Of a stretch of 32,000 nt of DNA, positions 17,440-26,043 are shown one piece after another. Within the stretch, counting starts at the first letter, position 1; each line of letters begins with the position of its first letter. The notes beneath the pieces are model-generated. The model saw nothing but the letters and a program-made list of their open reading frames with translations, did not search any database and had not been told where the DNA came from. This DNA comes from Promethearchaeum syntrophicum. Lineage in GTDB: Archaea > Asgardarchaeota > Lokiarchaeia > Sigyniarchaeales > Promethearchaeaceae. The stretch is taken from positions 3,540,001-3,572,000 of the forward strand of contig NZ_CP042905.2 in NCBI RefSeq assembly GCF_008000775.2, in the 5' to 3' direction. The translations under genes were made by a program, and so were the position numbers.

Positions 17440-18954
17440 TTAGATTAGTAAAGCAATTATCAATGCAATTACATGAATTCCCAACAAAATACAAGTTCTC
17501 AGGATGAAATTTTTCTTATTTGGGGGGGAGCGTGTAGTTTTTTTTATTTTTTTTATAATTTTTTTTAACATATGTTTCAAAGAATGACTCCCAGGAATTT
17601 CTAAATAGCTGCTTTTCACTTCTTTACCTGAAATACACAGATGAGGATTTGGTATTGCCCAATAATAAATAAATATCAGGAATATCAACATGCAAAATAA
17701 GATTTTTAAGATATTATCAAAAACTATAAGGGGGTTAGAGAAATCAACATATTTCCACCCCAAGATGGCTTCAAATGTTGATAAATAGACAAGAACCACA
17801 GTCAATATAACATCAATGATTTCAAATTTCCGAAATGATTCAATTACGCGAACATCTTCCACTTGATCTAGTATTTCAGCATGAATTTTCTTTCCAAACT
17901 GTTTTTTGAATTTCAGTCTTTTTGTTTTTGAATCGAAATTTAAAGAAATACTATTTGCAAAATCAAGATTATATCCCTGGACTACTATCAAAATCCCATA
18001 AGTTGCAGCAAGTCCTGAAAATGATTTACTAAAGAGGATTTCAAAACTTAAAGAAATAACTGCTGTCAATATAAGAGTGATACCTAAAACCAAGCGAAGA
18101 TAGTTTTTTTGAGATTTTAATGCTATATTAGATGATTCAATAGGTATTTCACCGTTTTTTTCAAGTAACAATGCATTATAACGATCAATATCTGGTTTAT
18201 TTACGACATCAGATTCTTTTTGAGGAAAATCTAATAAATCTATTATGGAGTTTGTAAATTTTTCTTTAGATAAAAGAGGAGCAATCCAAGAACCATAGAT
18301 TTTATCCGAGCTTGAGAATTCAACAAAACTTTGAGGAAATACAACCAACAAACCTAAAGCAATGAAATTTCCAAAGGCAGTTAGAATCATCATAGTAGGT
18401 AATATTTCATCTACTGCGCGATGTTCACCAAAGAGAGCAAAGCCGAAATTTAAAATAGTAATACTCATTGGTATTAAGAGAAAATACCACAATTTTTTTG
18501 ATCCTAAGTGATTATTTCGAATCCGTGATTTAGTGATATCAATTTTCTTAAATTCAGTATAAAAGGGAAATATCAAGCGTTTTTCATGGTAATAAAAAGA
18601 TGATTCTGACACAGATTTCGATATCTCACATTTATAGATAGATAAAATCGCAAATAATATCAACCATAATCCAATTAAAAGTGGTACAAGACCTACGGTA
18701 TAGAAAAAGGAGATCCCACCTAAGAAAACAGCACTACCTTGACCAACATATACCCCAATATTTTCTTCATTTTGATGTCCGATAAGATGCCCTAAAAGAA
18801 AATAGTCTGCAAGACCAAATCCCAATAAAATAAGACCTGCTACAAACCGACTCCATGCAAAAGAATAGAAAACCGTTGGTTTTTCAAACTTATTCTGAAT
18901 TTCTTTGGGTTTTTTAAGAGTGATATAGTTTTCCCGAGTTTTTCTTTGTTCCAT
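17440..18954 (-). CDS. polytopic membrane protein, unknown function
   Basis: 504 aa with many hydrophobic segments. Its ATG immediately follows the stop of the upstream gene (TAAATG). Confidence 0.78.
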   Translation of the reverse strand: MEQRKTRENYITLKKPKEIQNKFEKPTVFYSFAWSRFVAGLILLGFGLADYFLLGHLIGHQNEENIGVYVGQGSAVFLGGISFFYTVGLVPLLIGLWLILFAILSIYKCEISKSVSESSFYYHEKRLIFPFYTEFKKIDITKSRIRNNHLGSKKLWYFLLIPMSITILNFGFALFGEHRAVDEILPTMMILTAFGNFIALGLLVVFPQSFVEFSSSDKIYGSWIAPLLSKEKFTNSIIDLLDFPQKESDVVNKPDIDRYNALLLEKNGEIPIESSNIALKSQKNYLRLVLGITLILTAVISLSFEILFSKSFSGLAATYGILIVVQGYNLDFANSISLNFDSKTKRLKFKKQFGKKIHAEILDQVEDVRVIESFRKFEIIDVILTVVLVYLSTFEAILGWKYVDFSNPLIVFDNILKILFCMLIFLIFIYYWAIPNPHLCISGKEVKSSYLEIPGSHSLKHMLKKIIKKIKKTTRSPPNKKNFILRTCILLGIHVIALIIALLI

Positions 18955-20538
18955 TTAAATACCTCCTATATATCCATAATAGACTAATATCCAATAGGGT
19001 AAACTAAAGGAAGCCCCATGATATTGTGTTATTGTTTGGGAATTGTTATATTGACGGCCCCCTTCCTCTGTGAATGGATTTTGATTCCATACAATTTTAT
19101 TTGGACGGAACATTTCAATTGTTGCAGGTTTTAAATATCTAGTTTTAAACACCCCATCCATTAAACCGTAGGTTACCCATTGATACATTTTTCCTAATGG
19201 ATTAACATCAACGAAATTCTTCCATTTGGCGATATTCGGATCCACTTCTAACCAATCGGTACCCTTTTCCTCTCTTGAAATAGTTTTATTTAATCCTCCA
19301 AAGGTTGTGTCATAAGGACATAAATCAAATTCTACAAAACGCCAGAGCTGGTCTTTTACATCCCATGCAACCTTATCCAGATCATAATCCGGTTCAATAT
19401 TCACACTACGCATCTTACACATAGCAAGATACACTGCGTTAAGAAATGCATTACGATGCCCTTTAAAAGCGGGGTGTGTTGATTCTTCATAATTATTAAC
19501 GTAAATATCAATGATATCTTGATTATCCTCCACCAACATTAACCCAAAAATAACACAGAGTTCAAAATAATTAGAGTAGTAGTTGTCTATTAAATCAGAA
19601 TCACCGATACTCGGATATTTGGTAATATACCTTTCAGTAACTAAGTAATAATTATAGAGTTGTTTATAGCGATCGTTTTCAGGATAAGCTATTGTAGCCA
19701 TTTTCATAACCAATAACTTCCATTGCCCTTGAGTCGGCCATTGAAAGTGGACACCATTAGGTTTTCCATCTCCTGACATTTCCATCCAATAAGATTTTAA
19801 CATTCCTTCAGTAAATTGCCCAATTATTAATTTGGTAATATTTTGAATATAAGGATTATCTACAAGTTTTAAGCAAGCAGCGATAGCCATGAAATACCCT
19901 GCTAATTCATCCTTTGAAGTATATAAACGGCACCTCCATTGAGAATATCTTCCTGTTCCGTTAAAATGCCTAAAATATTCGTCAAAAAGCCAAGTATAAT
20001 TTCCATCATTTCTTTTTTCAGGGGGAGCGTAAAAACGGGCAATTGCAGTTCCAGGAAATTTTGGACCCAAACCCCCATTAGGAACTTCTATTAACATTTG
20101 TAACCCTGTGAGCATTTTTTTAATTAATCTTAATGCATCATCTTTTTCAGTCCCAGCAAGAAGAGAAGCATATCGTAAACATGTAGCAGTTAGCGCTTCA
20201 GACGTATGTAATGCACCATTATCGTCGGAATGGTATAATAAGGGTTTACCGGTTGTAGCATTAAAGGTTACAACCTGTGAGAGATTAATTGGAATATGAT
20301 ATTCTTCCTGCAAATACTCAAATTGATTAGCTATTGAGCGCAACTCAGTTTCATTCATATCTTCAAGGGGATAAAATTCATCAGTAGACGGCTCTACTTC
20401 GTAAATATATGAGGTTAACTCCCCTACCATATAGAAATAGAAACTAAAATAACTTGCAATTAGAATTATCGGAATTAATACCAGAGCAGTAATCAGCACT
20501 GTATTTCTTTTGATATGTTTCATTTTTTGTATTCTCAT
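18955..20538 (-). CDS. exported/membrane-anchored alpha-helical protein, possibly alpha/alpha-toroid fold
   Basis: N-terminal anchor NTVLITALVLIPIILIASYFSFYFYM. Helix-rich repeats (ALTATCLRYASLLAGTEKDDALRLIKKMLTGLQMLIEVPNGGLGPKFPG; KDELAGYFMAIAACLKLV). Many N-glycosylation sequons. No family recognised. Confidence 0.78.
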   Translation of the reverse strand: MRIQKMKHIKRNTVLITALVLIPIILIASYFSFYFYMVGELTSYIYEVEPSTDEFYPLEDMNETELRSIANQFEYLQEEYHIPINLSQVVTFNATTGKPLLYHSDDNGALHTSEALTATCLRYASLLAGTEKDDALRLIKKMLTGLQMLIEVPNGGLGPKFPGTAIARFYAPPEKRNDGNYTWLFDEYFRHFNGTGRYSQWRCRLYTSKDELAGYFMAIAACLKLVDNPYIQNITKLIIGQFTEGMLKSYWMEMSGDGKPNGVHFQWPTQGQWKLLVMKMATIAYPENDRYKQLYNYYLVTERYITKYPSIGDSDLIDNYYSNYFELCVIFGLMLVEDNQDIIDIYVNNYEESTHPAFKGHRNAFLNAVYLAMCKMRSVNIEPDYDLDKVAWDVKDQLWRFVEFDLCPYDTTFGGLNKTISREEKGTDWLEVDPNIAKWKNFVDVNPLGKMYQWVTYGLMDGVFKTRYLKPATIEMFRPNKIVWNQNPFTEEGGRQYNNSQTITQYHGASFSLPYWILVYYGYIGGI

Positions 20539-20675
20539 TTAATCACCCATTATTTATTTTTAACAATTAGATCTTTGCTTTTTGATTTTAAAATTGCTTC
20601 CTTTGTTTTGAGAAAAATGAGTTATTTGAAAACAAAAAACTTAAGAAACTTTAATCTAAATCACTATCGGGATAA

Positions 20676-22274
20676 ATGTCTATAAATCTTGAAAAAAACA
20701 AACCATCCAAAGCAAATTTTAGAGTTCTTAATCAGATATTATTATCTCTTGTTTTTTTTTCGATCTTAATAATTGAATTTGTATTATTTATTGATTTTTC
20801 CGGGGATAATTTCTTTCCAGGAACTAAATTTGATTTTTTCGGAATTGAAATGGCAATTTTACCAATTTTAATCATTGTTTGCTTATTTTTAACAAGTGTT
20901 TCAACCATTGGATTAATATTTTCACTGAAAATAATTGTAAGTGGAAAAAAAAAGAGTGAAATAAAAAGATATAAAGCTCCAATAATTGCATTTTTTCTTA
21001 TTTTGGGAATAGGATTGATCAGTTTACAATATTATTATCCTATTTGGCCTGGAGATCTCGGGATACCCCCGAAATTTGGACCTTATATTGGATTATATGG
21101 AGAAAATGATATGATTATTTCTTGGGATTGTAATCAGGAAGAAACATTCACATTGCTTTGGGGTACCGAGATGGATAATTTATCAAATGAAAAATTATCA
21201 TCCATTCAAAATTGGATTGATAATGATAAAATTTTTCACCACACAGTAATTTTTGATTCTTTAAATTCAGGAAATGATTATTATTATAGCATCCCTCAAT
21301 TCTCTAAAGAAATATATAGTTTCAAAACTGCACCTTCTTTCGATTCTGGTGAAAATGTGGTTTTTACAATTGTAGGAGATACGCAAGCAGGCTTTGCTAT
21401 CCCAAAAAAGAATATCAACCTAATGTTATCAGATCCAGATGGTTTAGATTTTACTTGTATAGCAGGAGATCTTGTTAATCGTGGAGATAAAATTAATGAA
21501 TGGGCACGTCTTTTTAACAAAAAAACCTATGGAAGAATTACAAGTTCTATCCCGTGGATGAATGCTCCTGGAAATCATGAAACATATTGTGAAAATGTAG
21601 GTTGTGGATTTCGCGAAAATTATAAGTTGTTTTTTCAATACGATTATCCTGGAAACAAGATTATTCTTAATGATACACCAGATTATGGCCTTTATTATTC
21701 CTACAATTATTCAAATGTTCATATGATTGCTTTAGATAATTTTCAGAATGAGACATATACTCGATCTCAAGGAAAATCGACAGGATCTTCCTTTACTACC
21801 GCGCAACTTGAATGGCTTGAAGATGATCTTTCAAGAAATAGTGATATGTGGAAATTTGTTTATTTTCATGTACCTATGTTTTCAATGGCAGATTCTGGAC
21901 CAAATATTGACATTATTAATCAACTTGAGCCAATTTTTGAAAAATATCAAGTGGATGCAGTATTTTCTGGGCACGATCATTACTTTGACTCGTTTTTAGT
22001 TAATAGCACTTATCATTTTGTTGTTGGAGGAGGAGGTGTTTCGATAGAACCAATGATGGATCAAGAAAAATTCGGTGATTTAGCTTGGTTAGATTCTCAA
22101 TTAAATGTTAGTGAAACAGAGGGTCAATTTGATCAGGTTTTTGGTAGCGAATATCAGTTATTTGGAGAATTATGCAATCATTATTTGAAAATAAAAGTCC
22201 AAGGAGATACAGCAACATTCACAGCCATTCGTTCTTCTGATGGGAGCACAATTATTGAATATATTTTAGAATGA
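20676..22274 (+). CDS. membrane-anchored purple-acid-phosphatase-like metallophosphoesterase
   Basis: VGDTQAGFA, IAGDLVNRGDKINEW, MNAPGNHETYCEN, KFVYFHVPMFS, AVFSGHDHYFD; three N-terminal TM helices and a Fn3-like pre-domain. Confidence 0.9.
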   Translation: MSINLEKNKPSKANFRVLNQILLSLVFFSILIIEFVLFIDFSGDNFFPGTKFDFFGIEMAILPILIIVCLFLTSVSTIGLIFSLKIIVSGKKKSEIKRYKAPIIAFFLILGIGLISLQYYYPIWPGDLGIPPKFGPYIGLYGENDMIISWDCNQEETFTLLWGTEMDNLSNEKLSSIQNWIDNDKIFHHTVIFDSLNSGNDYYYSIPQFSKEIYSFKTAPSFDSGENVVFTIVGDTQAGFAIPKKNINLMLSDPDGLDFTCIAGDLVNRGDKINEWARLFNKKTYGRITSSIPWMNAPGNHETYCENVGCGFRENYKLFFQYDYPGNKIILNDTPDYGLYYSYNYSNVHMIALDNFQNETYTRSQGKSTGSSFTTAQLEWLEDDLSRNSDMWKFVYFHVPMFSMADSGPNIDIINQLEPIFEKYQVDAVFSGHDHYFDSFLVNSTYHFVVGGGGVSIEPMMDQEKFGDLAWLDSQLNVSETEGQFDQVFGSEYQLFGELCNHYLKIKVQGDTATFTAIRSSDGSTIIEYILE

Positions 22275-22396
22275 TAATAATGTATTTTTATTATTTCTAT
22301 TGACATTTTTCTTTGATTTCTATATTAAATAAATAAATTTCTTTTGAAAAAAGATATATAAATTAATTTCACCAAGATAGTAATACAAATTTAAAA

Positions 22397-23032
22397 TTGG
22401 TGAAAAATTTGGCAAAAACGTATGTAACAATTATGGGGAGTGTTTTTATAACACTATTGCTTGTTGGAGCTGGGGGATATTTTGGTCTTCCACTTCTGTT
22501 TCCTAATCTGAATGACGATTTAACTAGCTATTTAGAAGAAGAAGATTTAGAAGATTATACAAAAACTGAAGATCTAACTGATGATGGAATTTTATTACAG
22601 ACAAAATATAATGAATCGCAAATTGGTGCTACTATTCAAAGTTACGATCTTGTTTATGAAAAAATACCGGATCCAGAACTAAGTATAACTACAGGTGGCA
22701 ATTCTAAATTGAGTGTTGCATTTGAAGGAGTGATTTTACAACAATTGGGAGCGAGTTTTGTTGGAAATACCATATATAATATAACACTTGATATATTAGG
22801 AGTCGAAAATCGAACAACTAATATATATTATACTTTGAATAGTGCATACGGAGCAACAATAGAGATCTCTAGGAATGTACATATTTCTTTTGAAACTGAT
22901 ATTTTATCTGCAGGAACTTATTCAATTGCACTTTTTTGGAAATCAACCATTTCACATCCTGCAGGACATTCAAATTTATATTTTATAACCGGATATCCTA
23001 GAAGTATTTATGCTCAGGAAATTGCTGGATAA
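22397..23032 (+). CDS. single-TM, beta-rich predicted extracellular protein, unknown
   Basis: N-terminal TYVTIMGSVFITLLLVGAGGYFGLPLLF. Ectodomain with sequons. Start ambiguous (TTG 22397, GTG 22400). Confidence 0.65.
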   Translation: MVKNLAKTYVTIMGSVFITLLLVGAGGYFGLPLLFPNLNDDLTSYLEEEDLEDYTKTEDLTDDGILLQTKYNESQIGATIQSYDLVYEKIPDPELSITTGGNSKLSVAFEGVILQQLGASFVGNTIYNITLDILGVENRTTNIYYTLNSAYGATIEISRNVHISFETDILSAGTYSIALFWKSTISHPAGHSNLYFITGYPRSIYAQEIAG

Positions 23033-23066
23033 GGGATAAAAACTGAAAAAAACTATTACCATTTTT

Positions 23067-24191
23067 TTATTTCTTTTTTTTAGTTTGCTTCTTCATGGCA
23101 TTTTGCACAAATGTGAAGAGTTTTTTTGCTTCAGGGTCATTTTCAAAGTGCTCTCTAACTGGAGTAAGTAATTTATCAAGATATTCAATAGCAGTCATTT
23201 TTAAATCAACGGGAGAGAGATTGCCATTTTCATACGCTACCTCCAACTCATTGTAAGATGAATATGATACATTACCGCCATATTTTTCGGGTCTTTTTAC
23301 TTTAAACTTATCGAATTTCTCAAAAATAATATATTTGCAATATTCCAGCACGGGATTTTCTTTTATCTCAGCGCTTGGGCACCAAGCTTTATTGATTTTC
23401 CGTTTAATTTCTGCTTTAGTATCAAGCATGAAGATAGCTGAATCAGGATTACTTTTACTCATTTTTCGAGCGATTTTTTTATCTAATTCACCCAAATCTG
23501 TTTCTGGAGGTTTTCCTAAACCCATTAACATATGGTGATGAATAGACATTGGTTTTTTAAAACCTAAAGGTCGCGCTACTTCACGGGCTAACATGTTAAC
23601 TTTTCTCTGATCAAGACCTAATTGACAAATGTCGGTCTTTAAAACAAAAATATCTGCACATTGCATCAAGGGGTATAATATTTGCGAGGATTGTTGAACT
23701 TCATCAGTATTTCTTCCCATAATTTGTCCGCAACGCAATATTCTATTAAGCGTTGTCATCATGGATATTTTTAAAACCAATTGCCAATAATCTGGATCTT
23801 TTACTAATTCTGAAGCATAAACAAATTCAATATTCTTAAGATCCATTCCACAAGCTTTCCAAACTTCAACAAAATAATCCCCAACCTTTTTAATTACCTT
23901 AAGGTCTCCACCGAATTTTTGATTAGCAGCAGCATGCCAATCAGCCACATACATCACAAATTTAACTCCCGATCTTGTCAATTTATTTATGTTTATTGCG
24001 CGCATTAGTCCTTGAGCAATGTGAATTCGACCAGATGGTTCAAATCCGTCATAAGCAATAATTTCTCCAGGCTTTCGATTTTCGAGCAACCATTTTAATT
24101 GCCCATCATCTTCGATAATCTCGCCACCTTTTGCTACGGATTTGATTGAATCCAATTTTTCTTGCAAAGAGAGTTCTGGGTTTTTTACCAT
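23067..24191 (-). CDS. tyrS: tyrosyl-tRNA synthetase, eukaryote-like
   Basis: YDGFEPSGRIHIAQGLMRAININKL, VADWHAAANQKFGGD, QILYPLMQCADIFVLKTDICQLGLDQRKVNMLAREV, ARKMSKSNPDSAIFMLDTKAEIKRKINKAWCP. Start set at MVKNPELSL (24191) instead of the tracked 24215. Confidence 0.93.
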   Translation of the reverse strand: MVKNPELSLQEKLDSIKSVAKGGEIIEDDGQLKWLLENRKPGEIIAYDGFEPSGRIHIAQGLMRAININKLTRSGVKFVMYVADWHAAANQKFGGDLKVIKKVGDYFVEVWKACGMDLKNIEFVYASELVKDPDYWQLVLKISMMTTLNRILRCGQIMGRNTDEVQQSSQILYPLMQCADIFVLKTDICQLGLDQRKVNMLAREVARPLGFKKPMSIHHHMLMGLGKPPETDLGELDKKIARKMSKSNPDSAIFMLDTKAEIKRKINKAWCPSAEIKENPVLEYCKYIIFEKFDKFKVKRPEKYGGNVSYSSYNELEVAYENGNLSPVDLKMTAIEYLDKLLTPVREHFENDPEAKKLFTFVQNAMKKQTKKKK

Positions 24192-24234
24192 AAAAAAAAA
24201 TGTAATGCTAAACAAATTAAGTTTTTCATATCTT

Positions 24235-25023
24235 TCATAAGTCTTTTTGGTAGAAAATTATCGTTCCAGATATGATACAGATAACTATAGGTATTGAATT
24301 GAATACGGCAATTTTCCAAAGATCTACAGTCCAAGTATCTAGAAGTATTGATCCTAAGTTAAAAATTAAACTAACGGGTGAATAGATAGATACCCAGGGA
24401 CCGACAAGAAACATAAAAACTAAAAAGAACCATAAGATTAAACTCGCGATCATACTATAGAGAGGTTTTGGAAAAATTACGGAAAACATAACTGCAAATG
24501 AAACAAACATTGTTAATATTAATGCAACTAATCCCAGAACACTCATAAATTGACCATAATCAAACAAAAATGGCACTAAATTTAATGCTTCGAAAAAACC
24601 TATAATTATCCCAAATGTCGTAGCATAGATTATAAACACCAATAAAATCTGTGAAACAAATTTTGATAAGACGTACTGCCATCGATTTACAGATTTACTC
24701 AGAAGTGAATCAGCAAGGCCTCCGATTTCTCCAGAAATGCATAAATCTGCGGGGATTGATGCCACCATTGTACCCAGAAATATAAAAATAGTGAGAACAG
24801 AATTAGTCGTCAGTACGATATCCGCGGTATTTATTGTATTAGACAATAAAACAAAAAAAATGACTAATATCCACAGTTTTTGGAAAGCTTGCTTAAAATT
24901 CCGTTTAATCTCATGCCAAGTAAGAGTAATAAATATTAAATTCTGGGATTTCGTTTTAATAAATCCAAATATTTTCTTAAAGGTTTTTTGTAATTCCGCG
25001 AAGAAATCCATTCGATTTTTCAT
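24235..25023 (-). CDS. ABC-2-like transporter permease
   Basis: Six hydrophobic segments with GGLADSLLSKSVNRWQYVLSKFVSQILLVFIIYATT, downstream of and overlapping an ABC ATPase gene. Confidence 0.85.
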   Translation of the reverse strand: MKNRMDFFAELQKTFKKIFGFIKTKSQNLIFITLTWHEIKRNFKQAFQKLWILVIFFVLLSNTINTADIVLTTNSVLTIFIFLGTMVASIPADLCISGEIGGLADSLLSKSVNRWQYVLSKFVSQILLVFIIYATTFGIIIGFFEALNLVPFLFDYGQFMSVLGLVALILTMFVSFAVMFSVIFPKPLYSMIASLILWFFLVFMFLVGPWVSIYSPVSLIFNLGSILLDTWTVDLWKIAVFNSIPIVICIISGTIIFYQKDL

Positions 25024-25966
25024 CCTCCAGTAATTTTAAAAAAGCGTTCTCTAAGTTTTCTGATCCAGATTTAAATGATATTAGTTCAGCGGGATCATTT
25101 TTGAACACATTAAAGATATGTGGCAAGGTTTTAGTGTAATTTTCTCGAGAATCAATCCCTACTTGAATGAAGTGTCTTTCGATATCGACAGCAATAACAT
25201 TCGGAATTATTTTCAATTTTTGAATTATAGAATCGGATTTCCCATCAATTTGTAGTTCTACAGAATTAGAACGTATTAATCTTTTTACTTCGGTTATTGT
25301 TCCGTTAAATATAAGCTTGCCTTCATTGATTATTCCAACATGAGTGCAAATGCGATCAATATCACCTAATATATGCGATGATAAAAAGACATTTTTTTCT
25401 CTATTTTTTCCAAGTTCAGTAATAAGATTCACAGTTGAAGCCCTTCCAATTGGATCTAGGCCCAACGTAGGTTCATCTAATATGAGCAATTTAGGATCAT
25501 TTATTAAACAAGCCGCAATACCAACCCGTGTGGTTTCTCCTGTTGAAAATTTCTTAATTTCTGAAGATGAGAGATTAAGGAGATCGATACTCCTAATTAA
25601 TTCAGTAATCCGCGGAATTCGAGTTTCTTTTGGGATTCCAAATATTTTTCCTACAAAATTTAAATATTTAATTGGTGACATTTTCTCAGGAAATTTTGGA
25701 TTGGTCGGTAGATAACCTATCTTACGTCTAAGTTTTGCTGAATCTTTCTTCATTTTTTCCCCTAAAACTTGAATCGATCCAGCTGATGGTTGGATTAATC
25801 CCAAAATCATTTTAATAGTTGTAGTTTTCCCCGCTCCATTAGGTCCCATAAACCCATAAATTGCGTTTGGAGGAACATCCAAATAGAGATCATTAACTGC
25901 GATTTTTTTCCGATTAAAAATTTTCGTTAAAGCTTCTGTATGAATTATGGAATCGATTTTTCCCAC
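24977..25966 (-). CDS. ABC transporter ATP-binding protein
   Basis: Walker A GPNGAGKTT, signature KFSTGETTRVGIA, Walker B LLILDEPTLGLDP, H-loop SSHILGDIDRICTHVGIINEGKLI. Confidence 0.95.
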   Translation of the reverse strand: MGKIDSIIHTEALTKIFNRKKIAVNDLYLDVPPNAIYGFMGPNGAGKTTTIKMILGLIQPSAGSIQVLGEKMKKDSAKLRRKIGYLPTNPKFPEKMSPIKYLNFVGKIFGIPKETRIPRITELIRSIDLLNLSSSEIKKFSTGETTRVGIAACLINDPKLLILDEPTLGLDPIGRASTVNLITELGKNREKNVFLSSHILGDIDRICTHVGIINEGKLIFNGTITEVKRLIRSNSVELQIDGKSDSIIQKLKIIPNVIAVDIERHFIQVGIDSRENYTKTLPHIFNVFKNDPAELISFKSGSENLENAFLKLLEDEKSNGFLRGITKNL

Positions 25967-26043
25967 CCTAATTCCAATATCTTACTTCTAAATTAAAAAG
26001 AGTTTGGATTAAAAAAAAATAAAAAATAATTTAAAGAACAAAA

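Noticed and set aside
25344-25715. 123-aa ORF antisense to the ABC ATPase
   Set aside because: Shadow ORF opposite Walker A/signature region.
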